Positions 44,736-56,435 of a stretch of DNA of 64,000 bases are shown in pieces (within the stretch, counting starts at the first letter, position 1; each line of letters starts with the position of its first letter). The notes under the pieces are model-generated. The model saw nothing but the letters and a program-made list of their open reading frames with translations, did no database searches and was not told the origin of the DNA. The translations under genes and the position numbers were made by a program. The stretch comes from Basidiobolus meristosporus CBS 931.73 (lineage: Eukaryota; Fungi; Basidiobolomycota), in NCBI GenBank assembly GCA_002104905.1, contig MCFE01000055.1, positions 1-64,000 on the forward strand, in the 5' to 3' direction.

Positions 44736-45242
44736 ATGGTATATAGCTATTTCCTATAGATCCAACGCTTTTTCCCATCCATCCATCTAATGTAATAATG
44801 AACTATTCTCTAGGGTCGTGTTCGTACTAAGACTGTTAAGAAGGCTTCCAGAGTCATCATCGAGAAATACTATCCTCGTCTTACTTTGGATTTCCAGACC
44901 AACAAGAAGATCTGTGATGAAGTTGCCATCATTGCCTCTAAGCGTCTTCGTAACAAGATCGCTGGCTTCACCACCCACTTGATGAAGCGTATCCAACGTG
45001 GACCTGTTCGTGGTATCTCCTTCAAACTTCAAGAGGAAGAACGTGAGCGTAAAGATAACTACGTTCCTGAATTTTCCGCCTTGGATATTTCCAACATCGA
45101 GGTCGATCCCGAAACTAAGGAGCTTCTTAAGGCCCTCAATATGGAGAACCTTCCTGGAGTCAGCGTCGCTGCTCCTACTCAAGCTTTCGTTCCTGGAGCT
45201 AACCGCGGACGTCGTGCTCCTAGAAGAAAAACCGATCAATAA
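44736..45242 (+). CDS. RPS17: 40S ribosomal protein S17 (eS17)
   Basis: M|[32 protein letters not shown]...[41 protein letters not shown]. Confidence 0.98.
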
Positions 45243-45663
45243 TCTATCTTATTGATATTTTAATACTAATAAACTGTCATATTTTGCAAATCAAACTCAC
45301 AGCAGCCCAACTGAATGAGTATGTGTGCATAAGCCTACATTCAGTATTGACTTTCAAACCAAACATCCTTCTTGTATTGAAGTTGCCAGTCAACGACTGT
45401 TTGCTCGCCATGAACCTCGATATTTCTGTTTGAAATGCTATATCCTCTACTGATTGGTCTATCAGGATCATATTTGCATGTACATTATAAAAATACCAGT
45501 TCAGCATCTACTATTCGAGTCAAAACAAAAACAGTGACCATGCATGAATATTCGTGGAGCTTGTCGGCCAACTTATCAAGAGTTACTTTCTACGAAGCTC
45601 CTTTCACTGCACTTGCTGCACTCCATTTTGACTCTAGTTGTATTCACCAAGATCCCAGGAAAA

Positions 45664-47143
45664 ATGGACAAATATGAGTCTCTGGATGTTATCGGCTCTG
45701 GTTCCTTTGGTTTGGTCCGTAAAGTTAAGAGAAAAAGTGATGGGAAAGTAGGTAACATCTCAAGTTTGAAAAAAAAGCCATCACAAGCCTAATCCTAGTA
45801 CCAAGATTCTTGCTCGTAAGGAAATCAATTATGTGAAGTTGTCGGAAAAGGAAAAGCAACAGCTGGTTGCAGAGCTGAACATCTTGAAGGAGATTCGTCA
45901 TCCACATATCGTGAGATATTATGATAGGCACTTTGCACAGAACTCGGGTGTCTTCTATCTAGTAATGGAATATTGCTCTGGTGGTGATCTGCGTGCTTTG
46001 CTCAACGATTTTATTGCCAAAGAGTATTACTTTTACTAGTATATATGGTTGCATGACACTTATTAACTCGAGCATCAATTTAGCAAACTGATCAAGGAAG
46101 AAGCAGTTTGGAATATATTTACTCAGATCGTTTTGGCACTTCATGAATGCCATCAAGGATATTCACAGCGATCAAACAAGGATCATCATGTCATTTTGCA
46201 CAGAGATTTGAAACCGGACAACATTTTCTTGGATGGTGACTGTAACATAAAGCTGGGTGATTTTGGATTGTCCAGAGTCCTTGACGACCCGGCCACAATG
46301 TTTGCGAAGACATACGTTGGAACTCCATATTACATGTCACCCGAGCTCATCAATGGCCAACCCTATGATGCAAAGTCGGATATATGGGCGTTGGGGTGTG
46401 TTTTGTACGAGATTTGTGCTCTCAAGTAAGCAGTGTTTTTAACTCTTCTTACACTGCTAGCAATCAACTAACTGTAATCTGATTTAGACCACCATTCCCA
46501 GCACAATCTCAAGCTGTACTCTTCAATAAGATCTTGACTGGTTCTGTTCCAAGATTGCCCTCTTATTACTCAAATGATTTAAACAATGTGGTCAAGTCGA
46601 TGCTGCAATTAAGCGTTAGTTTACTTGTTATCTTATACCCTTGGTTTGAACACGATTACTTATTTTTAACTTGCAACACAGCCTTCAGCACGTCCAACTA
46701 CTACTCAACTGCTCCAAGTTGACAAGATTCATAACTATACACGCAATTTGGAGCACCAACCAAACCTGAAAACGAAAGAGGAAGAACTCAACTCTCGTTA
46801 TAGAGTCCTCCAAGAATTCGAAGTTCAATTGAAGGCCCGAGAGGACAAGGTTCGACAAATGGAAGCCAATATCAACGAACGTGAAGCTGCACTCAATAAA
46901 CTTGAGGAGGATCTTAGGGCACGTGAATTGCAGTTAGAGGTGCGAGAAATGGAACTAAAAGCTATCCATGCCAAGCTTCTCAATACTCCGAAAAAGGATT
47001 ATGATTTCATGGATATTTCAAATTTGAGTGCACCAAGGCAAACCAACAATACCACAGCCAGTACTTCGCGACTGTTGAATATGATGGAGGAGGATGATGA
47101 TATTCCCTCACCATTTATAAAGCGTTACCCCACTATTGCTTAG
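45664..47143 (+). CDS. NIMA-related Ser/Thr kinase (NimA/Kin3/Nek2 group) with a C-terminal coiled coil, 4 introns
   Basis: MDKYESLDVIGSGSFGLV; KEKQQLVAELNIL; ILHRDLKPDNIFL; KLGDFGLSR; YVGTPYYMSPE. Confidence 0.93.
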
Positions 47144-47553
47144 AATTTCATATGAAAGTTACAACCAAGACCTATACAAGATCCAGTGTCCAAAACCTTT
47201 TAATCTTCACCATTCTCTTTTTCACAACGGAATCCTACTGTGCTTTTAGGTCTTCTTGCGGATAGAGACATTTTGCTGGCATCATTAATCCTCCTTTATT
47301 CTGTATGATATTACGCACCCTATCCATCTGGTCCGAAGAATTCCATTTCTGCTCTTTGGAAATAAATTATTCGAATCTTGACAGAAACGTTAACTACGCC
47401 AAGTGTCCAAGTATAACCGATGCTACTCGAATATAGCATCAATCAATATATCAATGAAATGAACTTAGTAATATTATAACATGTATTGTTGGTCAAGGTG
47501 TTAATTCAATTATTACTTCAATGATGCAGCACCTACAACATACCGAAGGTAAA

Positions 47554-47938
47554 CTATTGATTACGCATTCTCATGGGCTTGCCAACTACCTCATCCTTGT
47601 ATCTGGTGGTCATAGTAGGAAAAGGGTCAATCCAAACTAATAACTAGGTAAATATCCTGGGATTTGAAATGGACAGCTAATACATATTTCGTATTTAGCT
47701 GTGATGTCGTTGGCAGAGTCTACGTCAAGCTTAACCAAATCTATCTTGCCATACGGATTTCTTCAGGATGAACGCCAGCATGTGACAAGATCCACACTAA
47801 TTTATTGGTGGGTGAGTTCGAAATGTCAGTGAATGAAAGCCACCTGGCACAGATATCAACTACTACGTGACTTTTACTGTTTTCAAGCAAATCACCAACT
47901 ATATGAAGATCCACATTCACTAGATCTTTACTCGACAA
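47554..47938 (-). pseudogene. Thioredoxin pseudogene (Trx2/Trx3-like)
   Basis: Fragments DLLENSKSHVVVDICA | CGSCHMLAFILKKSV - YGKIDLVKLDVDSANDITAKYE - IDPFPTMTTRYKDEVVGKPMRMRNQ*. They align to the thioredoxin pattern VVVDFxAxWCGPCxxLxPxLE...KVDVD...xPT...VVxKFVG. The active-site Trp is lost, there is a frameshift, and the second intron's splice sites appear mutated. Confidence 0.7.
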
Positions 47939-48117
47939 AAGTAGATCATATTGTCACTGTATTTACTCAGAAACTCAACTTGACCGAAAGAATTCAACGT
48001 TTCATAGTCTACCTTAATTACATACGAGCATGAAAGATTTACATAGTTGCAACACAATGTACGGGAAAGCGAGTGATAATATATCGTAGCTTTTCGTATT
48101 CTCTAACCTGGCTGAAG

Positions 48118-48450
48118 CTAATCCTCCTCCTCACTGTCTAGATCTTCAACAACATAATCATCCTCATCGAGCAAAAGACTCTCCAAAGTGCGAATTATCT
48201 CTGCCACATCTTGACTTTCATCAACTTCCTCGCCTAGGGCTCTGGCAAGATCAAGTAAAATGGCTTTATCCACTTCGTCGATTTCTTCATTGTCTCTAAC
48301 AAGATGCAGAAGTTCATTCGGACTGATACTTTCGAGGATTTCCTCATCGTCGTCGTCGTCGTCGCCCTCTTCAATATCATCCTCGATATAGTCGGGATCT
48401 TCATGTTCATCATAGCTAGAATCTAAAACTTCTAAGTTTTCCGTTGACAT
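48118..48450 (-). CDS. Small, extremely acidic hypothetical protein (~110 aa), single exon
   Basis: Open frame MSTENLEVLDSSYDEHEDPDYIEDD...DSEEED*, roughly 40% D/E, with coding-like periodicity. Confidence 0.55.
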   Translation of the reverse strand: MSTENLEVLDSSYDEHEDPDYIEDDIEEGDDDDDDEEILESISPNELLHLVRDNEEIDEVDKAILLDLARALGEEVDESQDVAEIIRTLESLLLDEDDYVVEDLDSEEED

Positions 48451-49007
48451 TTCGAAAGGGACTGTGTTAGTCAGAGAAGTGTACAAATATTATTTTCGGG
48501 AATTGAGATGTTTATTATTATTATTTTTGAGCACCTCATCAAGTATTTTTCGATTGGTTTGTTTAGCAAGAATTTATTCACACAATTTGCTAACTTATTA
48601 CTGTGGTAAATTTTGTTGTTTAGGAGCGTAAACATGACTCTTAGTCCCGTTGTTACTCAGGCTTTCATGTATAAATATGACTCACCAACTTGGTTTACCA
48701 CAAGTGACCAATTTGCAATAGGTGTTCATATCATCTGACCATCCCAAATGATATTAGTAAGAATTTTAAACGTCGCTTTATACACGCTGCTATAGTTATC
48801 AATAGATTTTCTTGATAGTATTCAAATCTATTGGAAATGGGAAGCTGTAAGCAATATCCTTCCATATATGGGTTTACCCGGTTGAGTGATATCAGATTCA
48901 TGTTTGTTATATAAAGTGGCGTTGCCATCTTCGCAGGCGATAACCCCCAAGCTTACTTTTGCTTGCTTGTTCTTGCGACTCCCTGGACTTCAAGCACGCC
49001 TATTAAC

Positions 49008-50620
49008 ATGGCTTCTCTCGTTCGTTCCATCTCTTCGCTCAGCCTTCTCAGGGCTAATTGCAGACAAGCTGTGCCTTCGTTATGCGCAGCCAAGACTTTC
49101 TTGTCAAAACGTGAATGTAGTGTGTTTCCTTGAACCCATGCTTTTGAACTTTATCTAACTAGAGTCCTTTCCTTGGATAGACTCTCAAGATTCACGTATT
49201 GTCGTTGACAATCCAGTTGTTGACCTGGATGGTGACGAAATGACACGTATTATTTGGAAAATGATCAAGGAGAAGGTTAGTTCACAGCACTTGAAAGCAT
49301 TTTTAGTACTGTATACTCAACACTCTTTGTAAAAATAGCTTATCTTCCCATATGTCAAACTCGATATCAAATACTATGACCTCGGCATGGAGCACAGAAA
49401 TGATGTATGTTACGAATCAAAGGACTACTTTATAGTTGTATGGTAATAATAATATTCACTCCACTTACTTAGACCGAAGATAGAGTCACTATAGAAGCAG
49501 CTGAAGCTATTAAAAAGTACAATGTTGGTATCAAGTGTGCTACTATCACGCCCGATGAAGCTAGAGTCAAAGGCAATTCATTTCAGAGCTTACTATTAGC
49601 TTTTGATAACTTATTAATATGTATCGTTAACCCTTAGAATTCAATCTCAAGGAGATGTACAAGTCTCCCAATGGTACTATTCGCAACATCATTGGTGGAA
49701 CCGTTTTTCGTGAGCCCATTATCCTTCAAAATGTTCCTAAAATCGTTCCAGGTTGGGAGAAACCGATTGTTATCGGTAGACATGCTTTTGGTGATCAATA
49801 TCGTGCTACTGATTTTGTAGTGAATGGTCCTGGTAAATTCGAGATGACTTTCACTCCTGAAGATTCTACACAAAAGCCCCAAAAGTGGGTCGTGTATGAC
49901 TTCAAAGGATCTGGCGTTGGTATGGGCATGTACAACAACGATGAGTCTATCACCGGATTTGCTCATAGTTCATTCCAAATGGCCTTGAGCAAGGGCATGC
50001 CTCTTTATCTGAGTACCAAGAACACCATTCTTAAGAAGTACGACGGCCGCTTCAAGGATATTTTCCAAGATATCTTCGAGAAGCACTATAAGAGCGAGTT
50101 TGAAAGTCGTAAGATTTGGTACGAACATCGATTGATTGACGACATGGTTGCCCAAGCATTGAAATCAAGTGGTGGATTTGTTTGGGCTACCAAGAATTAC
50201 GATGGCGATGTACAGTCTGACATCTTGGCCCAGGGTTTCGGCTCACTAGGCTTGATGACTTCAGTCCTTGTCACTCCTGATGGAAAGACACTGGAAGCTG
50301 AAGCAGCTCATGGTACTGTTACAAGACATTACCGTGAACATCAAAAAGGAAACGAAACCTCTACCAATCCCATTGCCTCTATCTTTGCATGGACTAGGGG
50401 TTTAGCTCATCGTGCCAAGCTCGATGACAATGCTGCCCTTTTGAAATTTTCACACGATTTAGAGCGTGCCTGCATTGATACTGTGGACAAGAACGGTAAG
50501 ATGACTAAGGATCTGGCCCTAGCTATCCATGGCAAGCAGATGAACCGCTCGCACTATGTCACCACCACTGAATTCATGAATCATGTCGAAGATATGCTAA
50601 AGGATATCCGTAGCCGCTAA
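49008..50620 (+). CDS. IDP1: NADP-dependent isocitrate dehydrogenase with a predicted mitochondrial presequence
   Basis: [17 protein letters not shown] presequence; [15 protein letters not shown]; [13 protein letters not shown]|[27 protein letters not shown]; [14 protein letters not shown]. Confidence 0.97.
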
Positions 50621-50939
50621 TCGACGGCTTCATAGTATACCATATATATTTGCATTGTCATGATGAACAAATCGATATCTCTAGAGCATTATGCATCCTA
50701 AAAAGTAACATTGTTTTGCGTAAATACAATACACTGGCCTCGTCAGATTTACTCGGTAAATAAACCAGTCGTTAGATCAGTATCAAAAACGTTGACTTGG
50801 CTGATATTACATACTCCCCAGACTAAGTAGCCCCATCTGAAAGTTGATTGGCGTAATCCTTGAACATCTTCCTGAAGCAATACTTCCAGCCATCGATATC
50901 AACTAGCAGCAATTTCTTCGGAAGCTCTTCTTGGCTTCT

Positions 50940-51110
50940 TCAGATGGAGGCCAGGGTTTATTCCTGTGAGAAAGCCATCGTACAGTTTTCTTTGCTGCCC
51001 GCTAATATAGAGCCAGTATCAGCCTTGACCAGATTCTCCACGATTTCGAATTGCTCACATGAAGTGGAGTATCACCATAATGACGGTGGCATTTCTTATC
51101 AGACGAAGTT
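50940..51110 (-). pseudogene. Possible ankyrin-repeat relic
   Basis: HYGDTPLHV followed, after a frameshift, by FEIVENLVKADTGSILAGSKENCT, resembling one ankyrin repeat. Confidence 0.3.
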
Positions 51111-51349
51111 TTATCTAGGCGATGATCTCCCGGAAACTAGCATTCAATTAATGGGCTTTTAAAAGCAAGTGCATTTTCAGCTTGGGCACCCAACACAATT
51201 ACTACTACACAAGTTTAACTCTATTATAGTTCATAATCAGATAGAAACTCGTTAATAATTTAATCACGTGCTTTGACTTCGCATATCCAAAAACGCCACT
51301 CTCATGCAAGCGCAAACATTAAAACAAGTTATACGGCACAAGTTGAAGG

Positions 51350-52810
51350 GTGTCTGGTATTGAGCCTGAAGTAGCGAAGAGAAAAATCGATCCAGCAACA
51401 AGCGAAGACCAGTCTATAAATACACCAGTCATTTATGGCAATGACAAAGCTTCCTCGAAAGATCTATATTTGGACACGATCAATCGCTCCATGTTGGACT
51501 TTGATTACGAAATATTATGCTCTGTGTCTCTTTCGAACTTAAACGTATATGGTTGCCATATTTGCGGTAAATACTTTCAAGGTCTGTCCAATTCTTCGCC
51601 GTTTCACAATGGACTTCCAAATTAATTTGTTGATATAGGTAGAGGAAAGTCCTCCCATGCTTGTTTTCATAGCATTCATGAAGAACATCACGTATACATC
51701 AATATGCACACTCTTGAGGTATGTATATAAGCTCAATATTCAGTACGAATGAACAGCTAACCTTTATTGCGACCGTAGGTCTTATCGCTCCTACGTAATA
51801 TGTGTTTAGTCACAAATATTGCTCAGGAAATCTCCAAATCCAGTGAGAAGAGGTTTAAGCTTACTGAGCAAGGTGATCCTATCGACTTTTTATCTTGGCA
51901 AGTAAACTTGATCATTTGAATAGTATTCTCTCACTCATCTTTCTTCAGATATTATTACGAAGATATTTCAGGGAATGGTTCGTGTTGAAACGCAATCCAT
52001 TCTAGTCAAGGAGGCTAATGACGAGCCATTGGTAATGGACATCGATCGAGGTTACATAGTCTGACATGTCACGCAAGTTAACCTACTGACAATTCTGACA
52101 TTAGAGATCTCCACTAGCATTTCTCCATTCATGTTTCTAACCTTCGATCTCCCTCTACCACCTGTGTTTCAAGATGAAGTCGAAAAGAACATCATTCCTC
52201 GAGTATAACGCATCAAATTCATGTTTAATCGGGATCCTTGATTAACCTGGCGTTTGTAGATCCAATTGAGTACTCTACTCAGCAAGTACAATGGCCAAAG
52301 AGCTCAAGCAAGTAGTCAGAAATATATTAACATGTTCGAGGTCTAGCTAACGGTTTAACCTACAGATAGTGATTGGATCTGCCAAGCGTTTGCAACTATT
52401 GAACATAACTCATTACGTTATTTTCCATATCAAACGATTTACCAAGAACAACTGAGCGTAAGAAAAGAACCCTACCATCGTGAATTTTCCTATTCGTAAC
52501 ATTGACCTTTCGGAGCTCGTGGACAAGGATCGGACCGAGACCGAGACTGTTGATGGCCACTACGACTTGATAGCAAATATTCCTCACGAAGGAGGGCCCG
52601 GGGTTGGTCAGGGCTCCTACAAAGTTCATGTCAGACATCGAGGAAAAGATCAATGGTTCCAGATCCAAGATTTTATTGTTAAGGAGATTATACCACAAAT
52701 GATATTCTTGTCAGAATCCTCCATTCAGGTATGAGTTCGATTGATCCAGATGTCAGTGTGTTCTAACGATACTATGTAGATGTGTGAACGCAGGCCAATG
52801 CCAAAGGCGA
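51350..52810 (+). pseudogene. SAD1: SAD1/USP39 (U4/U6.U5 tri-snRNP protein) pseudogene
   Basis: Motifs DLYLDTINRSMLDFDYEILCSVSLSNLNVYGCHICGKYFQG, EQGDPIDFLSW and EKNPTIVNFP are recognisable. Defects: GTG in place of ATG, a large deletion after the ZnF-UBP, and in-frame TGA (52453) and TAA (52459). Confidence 0.9.
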
Positions 52811-53311
52811 AAAAACATAATTCCTGCATGTTACTACCGAGTTTGAGCACGAGGTTCAACCACCATATTTACAGTGAAACAAAATCAAACTTAACACCAC
52901 AACTAAATAAATCGGAATTCAGTGTAGTCACTATTCAACCAAGGGCTTGGCCTTTATATTGACCATGCATTCCTTAGCTTCACCCGCAGCATTAGTTTCT
53001 ATACCAAATTGTTCTGCTCGCGAAGTTGCCGCAGCCCAAATGGGATAATTCTTTGGTGGCAAAATTAATCATGGGCCATGCATTAGTCCGATAGGATCAT
53101 TTGATTGGAGAAAATTATTCGAATTGGATATCTCACACCAATATGAAAGATATAAAAGCTGTTTTTGTTTTGGTTCTGATACAGTCACAGTTGGGTCGAA
53201 TTTTGGACTTAATTTCTGGTTACAAAGCTTTCCTCACATTTGAGCACCTACAGCAGTTCTCTTGCTAGATAAATCACCTTCAGTGAACAACACCCCCTTC
53301 AGCTTATCAAC

Positions 53312-54627
53312 ATGGCACAAATGGAACGAGAGGAAGAGCTAGAGGCCGTTGAAGAAGATGGAGCTTTTGGTCCCCTTTCCGTTCAGAAACTTGAAGTCAG
53401 TCTACCATGCTTTGCCAACTTTAAACTTCTTAATAACATAAATCTGTAGGAATGCGGAATTAGTGCCTCGGATGTAAAGAAACTTGTCGAAGCGGGCTAT
53501 TACACTGTTGAAGCGATCGCTTACACCCCAAAGAAACAATTGTTGACTGTTCGTGGCATCTCTGAAGCGAAGGCTGACAAAATCATTGCTGAGGGTATTC
53601 ACCTATTTAACAACTGACTTTTCAATATTGTGCTATATTTAATGCCAATCGGTCTATATAGCCTCTAAGCTTGTCCCTATGGGCTTTACTACTGCTACCG
53701 AATTTCATCAGCGACGCAGTGAGCTCATCTCCATTACTACTGGTTCAAAGGAATTGGACAAGTTATTGGGAGGTTTGTATCATTCACTTCTTTCCCATTT
53801 TTGACCATTTTTGACCTACTTGTACTTAGGTGGTTTTGAGACTGGCTCTATCACTGAAATTTTTGGAGAGTTTCGAACGGGAAAATCCCAACTTTGCCAT
53901 ACGGCTGCTGTCACATGTCAGGTAAGGAGCCCTTTCTTGGTCAATGATGTTTCCCACCAATTAACATTTCAACTTGTATGCAGCTTCCAATAGAGATGGG
54001 CGGTGGTGAAGGAAAATGCTTATATATTGATACTGAGGGAACATTTCGTCCGGTTCGTCTGCTTTCCACTGCAGAACGTTTTGGTTTAAATGGCGAGGAG
54101 GTGTTGGATAATGTTGCATATGCTAGGGCCTATAATGCTGATCATCAGTCAGCTTTATTAATTCAAGCATCGGCTATGATGGCGGAATCAAGATTTGCGC
54201 TGTTAATTGTGGACTCTGCCACCGCACTCTACCGTACCGACTATTCCGGGCGGGGTGAGCTATCGGCTCGACAAATGCATCTTGCACGCTTTTTACGCAC
54301 TCTATTGCGTCTTGCAGACGAGGTAAGACTTTTACTAGTCAACCCCAGACCAAACCGGCATCTTAATCAATTTATCAGTTTGGAGTTGCTGTCCTCATTA
54401 CCAACCAAGTAGTTGCCCAAGTTGATGGAGGGGCTGCCATGTTCAACGCGGACCCTAAAAAGCCAATTGGAGGCAATATCATGGCCCATGCTTCAACCAC
54501 CCGATTGTATCTGAGAAAAGGTCGCGGTGAGACACGTATCTGCAAAATATACGATTCGCCATGTTTACCGGAATCTGAAGCGGTATTCGCTATCAATGCG
54601 GACGGGATTGGTGATGCCAGCGACTAA
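53312..54627 (+). CDS. RAD51: DNA recombinase Rad51, 5 introns
   Basis: [25 protein letters not shown]; [15 protein letters not shown]; [33 protein letters not shown]; [16 protein letters not shown]. Confidence 0.97.
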
Positions 54628-55241
54628 TTTAAGCAGATTTCGAACCTCAAACCTAATTTTACTTTCAGTACGCTACCAGCGCGGTTTTGTAGCAATTTTT
54701 AATCACTTATACTTTTGTGTACACTACATAATAAATAATAGGCACATGAGTTGATGCTTGTCTAGTCCCACACAATTCTTGAATCCAACATCACGGGAAA
54801 GCGTACGGTCTCTCTTCAAATACCCTCGTAGTTGGTGGTGAAATACACGGTTGGGGCTAAGGTGTGAAAGATCAGGAATCAATATAGCCATGACCGTGGA
54901 TGGCGAAATCACTACGAAATATTGCTCAGCCAGATCCCGGAGTTATTAAACCCCGGTGCCCATGAGTGGTTTGCACACAATGGCATCTTCAATTGGTGAG
55001 CATTCGCTTGCATGGATGGTAAACATAGGGTACGCAAAGCTTGAATGATATTTCACAATCCAGTACCAAAATTGCATAGTTGCAATTTATGAGTCTGCCC
55101 TCTATGATACCATTTCTTTCGCGGCTTACTGAATGAACTGGTGAACGGTTCAATCCAGCAATTCCGGATGGCTGTTGAGTAGTATATATTTACGTCCCGT
55201 AGCAGTACAAACACTCAAAACAACATTATCAATCACTTACC

Positions 55242-56276
55242 ATGACTATCGCCTCTGAACTCACTCTGACCTCCGAATCTATTGACTCTCCCAAGAACAC
55301 TGGCAAGTACTTGACTGGAGCTGACGCCGATCCCGAATTCAAGACACTTTTAGATGGGAATACCAAGAGAGTTGATTTGACCCCCTCAATTGGAACTGAA
55401 TTGGCAGGGGTTCAGATCAAGGATCTAAATGACATTCAACTGAACGAAGTGGCTCGCCTGGTTGCTGAACGCGGAGTGGTATTCTTTCGCGACCAGCAGC
55501 TGAGCCGTGACCAACAATTGGACTTTGGTCGAAAGTTTGGTCCTTTGCATATTCACCCGGTAGCCCCAGGACCCGAAGGCTATCCAGAAATTATTTGTCC
55601 TTCCGGCGGCTCCAAGAACTTACCGATGGAGCTAAACAAGACTCGCGCTGACACTTGGCATACGGATGTTTCGTTTGACGTGATATCTCCATCATTTTCC
55701 ATTCTTCAATTACTTAGAATACCACCTGTTGGAGGTGATACTATTTGGGCCAACAGCTATCATCTTTATGACGAATTATCACCTGCGTTTCAGACTTTTT
55801 TGGATTCTCTGACTGGAATTCATTCAGGCGAAGGTTTTCTTCAACTCAGTAAGCTTGTCGGGCTCAAGCCAGTGTACGAGATACCAGTTGCTACTGAACA
55901 TCCGGTGGTTCGTACCAACCCTGTTACCAAGCAAAAAGCATTGTATGTGAACCCAGGATTTACCAAATCTATCAAGAATCTAACTCCTCATGAGTCGGAT
56001 ACCCTGTTGAACTACCTGTTTACACACATCAAGACGACCACGAAGGCACAGGTTCGCTGGACTTGGACTGCCAACACCGTGGCGATTTGGGACAATCGCA
56101 GTACCCTTCACGTAGCTGTTAACGACTACGAATATGCAGAAGCGGGTTCACGCTACGGCGAACGGGTCACTGTTGTTGGCTTGGAAAGGCCTTACTTCGA
56201 TCCCGAAAACAGCACTACCGAGAAAGAGGTGAAAGCAAAGAAATGGGCTTCTGCTCAAGTAAAGACCAGTGTGTAA
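55242..56276 (+). CDS. TauD/TfdA-family alpha-ketoglutarate-dependent (sulfonate) dioxygenase, Jlp1-like, intronless
   Basis: LTPSIGTEL; VAERGVVFFRDQ; WHTDVSF (HxD); GGDTIWAN; HPVVRTNPVT; WDNRSTLH. Confidence 0.93.
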   Translation: MTIASELTLTSESIDSPKNTGKYLTGADADPEFKTLLDGNTKRVDLTPSIGTELAGVQIKDLNDIQLNEVARLVAERGVVFFRDQQLSRDQQLDFGRKFGPLHIHPVAPGPEGYPEIICPSGGSKNLPMELNKTRADTWHTDVSFDVISPSFSILQLLRIPPVGGDTIWANSYHLYDELSPAFQTFLDSLTGIHSGEGFLQLSKLVGLKPVYEIPVATEHPVVRTNPVTKQKALYVNPGFTKSIKNLTPHESDTLLNYLFTHIKTTTKAQVRWTWTANTVAIWDNRSTLHVAVNDYEYAEAGSRYGERVTVVGLERPYFDPENSTTEKEVKAKKWASAQVKTSV

Positions 56277-56435
56277 CGTATGGTTGATCATTTTCTCTAG
56301 AATCATCATTCTATCTGAATAAACCAAGCAAACTCCCAAGGCTGCGAATTTTGGTAAAATGTTTATTGATGTCTGGTATGAAATGGACTATTTTAAACGA
56401 ATGGTTTATATAATATTGGGGATTCTTACATTAAT

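Noticed and set aside
44787-45255. 150-aa minus ORF and 85-aa alternate-frame ORF
   Set aside because: Shadows of RPS17.
48854-48861. ATATCCTT (AT-AC U12 donor-like) upstream of IDP1
   Set aside because: No TCCTTAAC-like branch site or suitable AC acceptor downstream.
29640-52810. Sequencing error as the explanation for the pseudogenes
   Set aside because: Lesions include nonsense codons, large deletions and active-site substitutions confined to four loci while neighbours are clean. Not formally excluded without raw reads.
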